Source: Alphaproteobacteria bacterium (lineage in GTDB: Bacteria; Pseudomonadota; Alphaproteobacteria; MPNO01). Taken from it: a DNA stretch of 64,000 nt. Both the position numbers and the translations under genes were made by a program. A model generated the notes under the pieces. That model had not been told where the DNA came from. It did no database searches and saw only the letters and a list, made by a program, of their open reading frames with translations. This document shows, one piece after another, positions 59,102-64,000 of the stretch. The stretch's first letter is position 1, and each line of letters opens with the position of its first letter. The stretch lies in the NCBI GenBank assembly GCA_965248835.1, contig CBDFLJ010000001.1, forward strand, positions 256,001 to 320,000, given 5' to 3'.

Positions 59102-60292
59102 ATGAAGGTGACGATGTTTCACCTGATGCCCTACGCCCACATGGACATGGCGGTGCGGGCACGGCACAAATCCGCCTGGGTGACGTTCCCGAACTCCCAA
59201 TTCGACCCCAGGAAGGGGGCGGCGCTCTACAACCGCTATCTCGACGAGCTGGAGCTCGCCGCCGAGCTCGGTTTCGACGGGGTCAGCGTCAACGAACACC
59301 ACCAGAACGCCTACGGGCTGATGCCCTCGCCGGTCGTCATGGCCTCGGCGCTTGCACGGCGGACCACGGACTGCAAGATCGCGATCCTGGGCAACGCCTT
59401 CGGGCTTCGCGACCACCCGCTGACCCTGGCCGAAGAGCACGCGATGCTGGACTGCATCACCGGCGGGCGGCTGATCACCGGCCTGGTGCGCGGCATCGGC
59501 GCGGAGTTCTACTCGCTGGGCTCCAACCCGACGCTGAGCCACGAGCGCCACACCGAGGCGCACGACCTGATCGTCCGCGCCTGGACCGAGACCGGCCCGT
59601 TCGCCTTCGAGGGCAAGCATTTCCACTTCGAATACGTCAACATCTGGCCCAGGCCCTACCAGAAGCCGCACCCGCCGATCTGGTGTCCGTCACTGGGCTC
59701 GACGGAAACCATCGAATGGGCGGCCCACCCCGACCGGCGCTACGTCTATCTGCAGAACTACAGCGCCTTCGATGCCGTCAGCCGCTTCCTCAACGCCTAC
59801 CGCGCGGTGTGCGAGGACAAGTACGGCTATACCGCCTCGTCCGAGCAGATCGGCTGGACCGCGCCGGTCTACGTCGCCGATACCGACGAACAGGCCGTCG
59901 CCGAGGCGAAGGAGCATATGGAGGCGCTGTTCAACAAGTTCCTGGCACTGCCCTTCGAGGTGCTGTTCCCGCCGGGATATCTCACCAACGCCTCCTACAA
60001 GCGGGTGCGCGCACACAAGGGCTCGATCACCGGCGCGCAAGACCTGGAGGCGATGATGAAGCTCGGCATCGTCATCGTCGGCAGCCCCGATACCGTGCGT
60101 GCGCGCATCCTGGAATGCCACCGCATGCTCGGATTTGCGAACTTCATCGCGCTGCTCCATTTCGGGACCCTGCCCGCCGCGCTGACCGAGCGGAACATCC
60201 GGCTGTTCGCCGAAGAGGTCATGCCCGCACTCAAGCCGATCGACGATGCCGCGTACCGCGGCTTCGAGCGCGCGCGCAGCGCGGCCGAGTAG
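59102..60292 (+). CDS. Luciferase-like (LLM) flavin-dependent monooxygenase
   Basis: 'GFDGVSVNEHH', 'AEEHAMLD..GGRL', 'PRPYQKPHPPIW', 'LFAEEVMP'. Confidence 0.92.
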   Translation: MKVTMFHLMPYAHMDMAVRARHKSAWVTFPNSQFDPRKGAALYNRYLDELELAAELGFDGVSVNEHHQNAYGLMPSPVVMASALARRTTDCKIAILGNAFGLRDHPLTLAEEHAMLDCITGGRLITGLVRGIGAEFYSLGSNPTLSHERHTEAHDLIVRAWTETGPFAFEGKHFHFEYVNIWPRPYQKPHPPIWCPSLGSTETIEWAAHPDRRYVYLQNYSAFDAVSRFLNAYRAVCEDKYGYTASSEQIGWTAPVYVADTDEQAVAEAKEHMEALFNKFLALPFEVLFPPGYLTNASYKRVRAHKGSITGAQDLEAMMKLGIVIVGSPDTVRARILECHRMLGFANFIALLHFGTLPAALTERNIRLFAEEVMPALKPIDDAAYRGFERARSAAE

Positions 60293-60298
60293 GCGGCC

Positions 60299-61066
60299 AT
60301 GCTCGACCGGCTCAAGTTCGGCGGCGCGCCGGTGATCGTAACCGGCGCGGGATCGGGGATCGGACAGTCCTGCTGCGAGGTGCTGGCCGAGCTCGGCGCC
60401 ACGGTGATCCTGGTCGGCAAGACCATGGAGAAGCTGGCGCAGACTGAGGCGCTGATCGCGCCCTCGGGGGCGGCCTGCAAATCTTTCGAGGTCGATGTCT
60501 CGGTCGAGGACCAGGTGATTGCCCTGGGCGAGGCCGTCGCCGCGGAATTCGGCCACGTCAAGGCGGTGATCAACAACGCCGGCACCAATTTCGTCAAGAA
60601 GATCACCGATCTGGAGACCGCGGACTGGAACCGCATCATCGCGACCGACCTGTCCAGTGTCTTCTACATGTGCCGCACCTTCATCCCGATCCTGCGCAAG
60701 GCGCCGCGCGGCGGCGCGATCGTCAACGTCGCTTCGACCTTCGGGCTGATCGGCCATCCCGAGATGCCGGTCTATTGCGCCGCCAAGGGCGGGCTGGTCT
60801 CGCTCACCCGCCAGCTCGCGGTCGATTACGGCGCCGAGAACATCCGGGTCAATTCGCTGTGCCCGGGCGCGACGCTTTCGCCGCGGGTCAGGCAATATCT
60901 CGACTCGGGCATGGTCGATGCCAAGGCGGTCGAGGCGATGGCGCTGCTCGGGCGGCTCGCGACCTGCGAGGAAGTCGCCGATGCCGCCATCTTCCTCGCG
61001 TCCGATGCTGCCTCCTACATCCACGGCACCGCGCTGGTCGTCGACGGCGGCCAGACGATCCATTAG
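60299..61066 (+). CDS. Short-chain dehydrogenase/reductase
   Basis: 'TGAGSGIG', 'NNAG', 'YCAAK'. Confidence 0.93.
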   Translation: MLDRLKFGGAPVIVTGAGSGIGQSCCEVLAELGATVILVGKTMEKLAQTEALIAPSGAACKSFEVDVSVEDQVIALGEAVAAEFGHVKAVINNAGTNFVKKITDLETADWNRIIATDLSSVFYMCRTFIPILRKAPRGGAIVNVASTFGLIGHPEMPVYCAAKGGLVSLTRQLAVDYGAENIRVNSLCPGATLSPRVRQYLDSGMVDAKAVEAMALLGRLATCEEVADAAIFLASDAASYIHGTALVVDGGQTIH

Positions 61067-61183
61067 CGTCGATCCGGTCCGCGCCGGGGCGGCGTGCGAA
61101 GCCCCGCCTCGCAGCGCGCTTTACCCCGCGGCGCAATTGCGTCAGGCTGGGATCGTGGCCAACGGAACGATGCCGCAGCGAAC

Positions 61184-61666
61184 ATGGGCATGAACTTCTT
61201 TCAAACACTGCTTCGGCCCGATCTCGAAGAAGAGCCGGACAAGGCGCTGGTCGCGCGCGCCGCCAATCTCGTCCAGGTCGGCGAGTTCCAACTTCTCCAG
61301 CTCGCCTACCGCGAATGGCACGGTGAAGACCTGCCCGATGCGATGACCGGCCGGCTGTTCAGACAGTACATGCTCAACAACGGCGTGCCGGCCTGGGCCC
61401 GGCACTACGCCCGGCAGATTGTCGAGCTCGACCGCCACGGCCGGCTCGACGACCGCGACCCCCGGTTCCACCGCTACGATTGCGACTACGGGTCACTGGC
61501 ACCGCGCAGCGTCCACCGGTTCGCGCTCGCTGCCTCGATGATTGCCGTCGTGCTGTTGGGCGGGGTCGTCATGGGCGATTTCGCCACCGGAGACGGTCAC
61601 TCGATCCTGCCCCCTTATTTCGACGAAAATGAACTCTCACCGCCCGGCGCCAAGCCCGCCTCCTGA
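61184..61666 (+). CDS. Hypothetical protein with C-terminal transmembrane helix
   Basis: ORF with 'GEFQLLQLAYREWHG', 'VPAWARHYAR' and a hydrophobic segment. Confidence 0.65.
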   Translation: MGMNFFQTLLRPDLEEEPDKALVARAANLVQVGEFQLLQLAYREWHGEDLPDAMTGRLFRQYMLNNGVPAWARHYARQIVELDRHGRLDDRDPRFHRYDCDYGSLAPRSVHRFALAASMIAVVLLGGVVMGDFATGDGHSILPPYFDENELSPPGAKPAS

Positions 61667-61712
61667 GCCGATTGCGGCGCGGCCGGCGGCAAGCCGCTCC
61701 TAGGTCGGCGGC

Positions 61713-61913
61713 ATGTTCGAGTTCGCCGGCGCATATGAAGACGCGTTCAACTGGGTGTTCCTCGCGGTGACCGCGATCATCGCCTGGCGCGGCGTTCGGG
61801 CGCGCAACCCGGACGGCAGCACCGACTTCGTGCATCTCCTGTTCGGCTGCATCGCCGCGGTCTTCTTCATGCTCGTCCTGTTTCAGGACGTGCTCGGCGT
61901 CGTCCGTTTCTAG
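61713..61913 (+). CDS. Small two-helix membrane protein
   Basis: 66 aa, two hydrophobic stretches around 'RNPDGSTDF'. Confidence 0.6.
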   Translation: MFEFAGAYEDAFNWVFLAVTAIIAWRGVRARNPDGSTDFVHLLFGCIAAVFFMLVLFQDVLGVVRF

Positions 61914-62521
61914 GGTTTGTACATCCGCTGCTGCCGATCGATCTCGGGGACGCGAAGAAGGCGCTTGTCGGGCGGCAGCTTGAGCTGCCGGTCGAGATAG
62001 ATCGCCCGATCCTTGACCAAAGACGGGCTCGGCGTGCCGTAGAGGATCTTGTCGAACAGGCTCGGCCCGCTCAGCGCCCCCAAATCGACCGCGAGCGCCC
62101 GGACATAGTCCTCAAGCGCCAGCTCGTAGCGGGCGGCGCGGTCATGGATAATGCCGCGATTGGCGTAGGCCGCGGCCAGCACCGCGCGGCCGGTCCGGTC
62201 GTCGGCCTCGAGCCCGGTGTCGAGAAACCCGATCAGGTGGGTGAACTCGGCGACGGCCTCAACGACGCGCCCGGATTGGAGGAGCGTGATCGCCCTGCCC
62301 ATCAACGCGCCGCGGTGATTGGGCATCTCGGCGAGCGCCTTGTCGAAGCTCGCGATCGCCTCGGCGTATTTCTTCTCGCCCAGGCGGATGTCGCCCTGGC
62401 GGGTGTAATAGTCGCCGGGCGCCTCGTTGACGAACACCGCCAGGACGGCCCACAGCGAGAAGGCGGCAAACGTCGCGATGCCCGCGATGATGACGAACCG
62501 TCGAAGCACCAGGGGGTTCAT
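61910..62521 (-). CDS. Membrane-anchored TPR protein
   Basis: N-terminal TM helix; TPR-like 'YAEAIASFDKAL', 'AYANRG...ALEDY..AL'. Confidence 0.8.
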   Translation of the reverse strand: MNPLVLRRFVIIAGIATFAAFSLWAVLAVFVNEAPGDYYTRQGDIRLGEKKYAEAIASFDKALAEMPNHRGALMGRAITLLQSGRVVEAVAEFTHLIGFLDTGLEADDRTGRAVLAAAYANRGIIHDRAARYELALEDYVRALAVDLGALSGPSLFDKILYGTPSPSLVKDRAIYLDRQLKLPPDKRLLRVPEIDRQQRMYKP

Positions 62522-62757
62522 GGCGCCGGCGCCAGCAGGCTCGCAGTGTAAAAATAGGAGAAGACGAAGCTCAACAGCACCGCGGTCACGCCGGCCCGGC
62601 GCTTGATGGCGCGGCGCTGTTCATCGTCAACCGGGCGCTCGCGCTCGGCGCGGCGCACCTGGAGAACCCAGATCAGCCGACGGACCGGGAAGAACAGCGC
62701 CAGCGCCATCGCGGCCGCCCAGAACCAGTGATATTCGAGCGTAAACAGCGCCGTCAC
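62518..62757 (-). CDS. Small two-helix membrane protein
   Basis: Two TM helices joined by a basic loop; 4-bp overlap with the TPR gene. Confidence 0.65.
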   Translation of the reverse strand: MTALFTLEYHWFWAAAMALALFFPVRRLIWVLQVRRAERERPVDDEQRRAIKRRAGVTAVLLSFVFSYFYTASLLAPAP

Positions 62758-62792
62758 GGCCGATCTCCGCCGCCGGGCCTGTTTACGGAAGA

Positions 62793-62816
62793 CGGGGACG
62801 GCCGCAGCCGTCCCCG
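62793..62816 (-). terminator. Intergenic hairpin after the symporter (weak terminator or mRNA stabiliser)
   Basis: 10-bp stem CGGGGACGGC/GCCGTCCCCG, only a short U-tract. Confidence 0.45.
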
Positions 62817-62846
62817 CTTGTCATTGGGGAGATCGACGGGCGATGC

Positions 62847-64000
62847 TCAACCGGTTTGCTGGTCCGGCACGACATCGCCGATGTCATCGACCAGCGCCTC
62901 GACCTCCTTGTCCGGCACCAGCGACATCTCCATCTTGAAGGCCAGGAACCACATCATCGCCACGCCGAGGATCCAGAACAGGATCTGCCACGCCCAGATC
63001 GACGGCATTCCGAAGACCCATCCGTCGACCCCGGCGTTGGGCTCGCCGAAGACGTAGTTGCCGAGCACCGCGCCCGGGCCGATGCCGAAGAACATCCAGG
63101 CCAGGGTGACCACCCATGCCCACGGAATCAGCCGTCGCTTGTCGGCGGACAGCACGGCGTGCTCGCGCAGGAAGTTGTGGTAGGTCATCCGGTGGGCCCT
63201 TCCCGCGTCGGTCTGGGTCATCGCAGAGATGACCACGCAGACGACGACGTTGAAGAAGATGCCCCAGCCGGCGGAGTGGATCGTCCACGGCCAGCGCCCC
63301 CAACCGTCCAGGCCGACGGTCGCGAGGATCTGGATCCCGAAACTCTCGGTGAAAATGACCCCCAGCAGCCCTGCCGCCAGGCCCCATGTCGCACCCTGGC
63401 GGGTGATCCACGGCGTCCAGCACACTGCCGTCAAAGCGGGCCACATCTGGAAGCCGAAGGCGACCGCGAGCCCGCCGAGCAGCACCAGCGCGTCGCGCGA
63501 GAACGTCGCCACGAGGAGCGCCGCAAGCACGATGAAAAGCACCCCGAAGCGACCCACCAGCTTCTGCTCTTCATGCGAGGCAGTCGGTTTGAGGTAGCGT
63601 TTGTAGAGGTCGCGCGTCAGCATGCCGCCGGCGGTCGACATATAGGCCGCCCCGGTCGACTGCATCGCCGCAAGCGCACACACCGCCAGCAGCCCGACCA
63701 GCCACGGCGCGGCGTCGGCGATCTGGTTGAAGTAGTACGGCACCAGGGAATCCGGCCTTTTCGCGATATCGGCGGCGAGGACCGTGCTGAGATTGAGCCC
63801 GGCCTCGTTGACCAGGGGGTTGGCGCCGAGCAGATGCGCACCCATTCCCTGGAAGGCGGTGAAGAAGAACAGGATCAGGCCGATGCCGAAGGAAGAGGCC
63901 CACACCTGCTGGATCGCGAACGGGCGCGGGTTTCGGTTGCCGAAGGCCCACATCGAGAACGCCGGCGAGGACTGAATGCCCATCAGCGCGAACATGTAGG
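62847..64000 (-). CDS. Sodium:solute symporter family protein, 5' end outside the window
   Basis: 'ALAAMQST', 'TRDLY', many TM helices; frame open to the window edge. Confidence 0.88.
   Translation of the reverse strand, partial: YMFALMGIQSSPAFSMWAFGNRNPRPFAIQQVWASSFGIGLILFFFTAFQGMGAHLLGANPLVNEAGLNLSTVLAADIAKRPDSLVPYYFNQIADAAPWLVGLLAVCALAAMQSTGAAYMSTAGGMLTRDLYKRYLKPTASHEEQKLVGRFGVLFIVLAALLVATFSRDALVLLGGLAVAFGFQMWPALTAVCWTPWITRQGATWGLAAGLLGVIFTESFGIQILATVGLDGWGRWPWTIHSAGWGIFFNVVVCVVISAMTQTDAGRAHRMTYHNFLREHAVLSADKRRLIPWAWVVTLAWMFFGIGPGAVLGNYVFGEPNAGVDGWVFGMPSIWAWQILFWILGVAMMWFLAFKMEMSLVPDKEVEALVDDIGDVVPDQQTG

Overview
High-GC window, most consistent with an alphaproteobacterial chromosome (dapF-mtaB-ftsY, prs-rplY-pth-ychF, long-form dcd, GAAC-N7-GAAC/GTTC-N7-GTTC LexA-type boxes). 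It has two parts. (1) 1-15.25 kb is a decayed mobile region. It holds a LysR regulator, an amidase, complete or broken IS elements (IS6, IS5, two IS3, IS21, IS1380, IS66, IS1595 and several orphan IS ends), and an autotransporter beta-barrel gene split by two insertions with clean target duplications. At its right edge sits a tandem pair of catalytically intact tyrosine integrases whose flank cuts a Mo-hydroxylase (CoxL/XdhA-like) gene at or just before its active-site loop. (2) 15.25-64 kb is core housekeeping blocks interleaved with many aromatic and N-heterocycle catabolic genes. These include three Mo-hydroxylase large subunits (one with its FAD and FeS partners), a Rieske oxygenase, two NicX-like ring-cleavage dioxygenases, Fcs, two Ech/HCHL paralogs, an AbmA-like monooxygenase, three amidohydrolases, a thiol-dioxygenase-like cupin and an LLM monooxygenase. 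Best leads: the twin-integrase element and its target site, an SOS box inside the IS1595 left end, tiny palindromic insertions in transposases, a PncC-YffB/ArsC fusion, and a possible uncharacterised pyridine-ring catabolic route. I found no tRNA, rRNA or CRISPR array. All product calls come from motif recognition by eye; no database searches were run.
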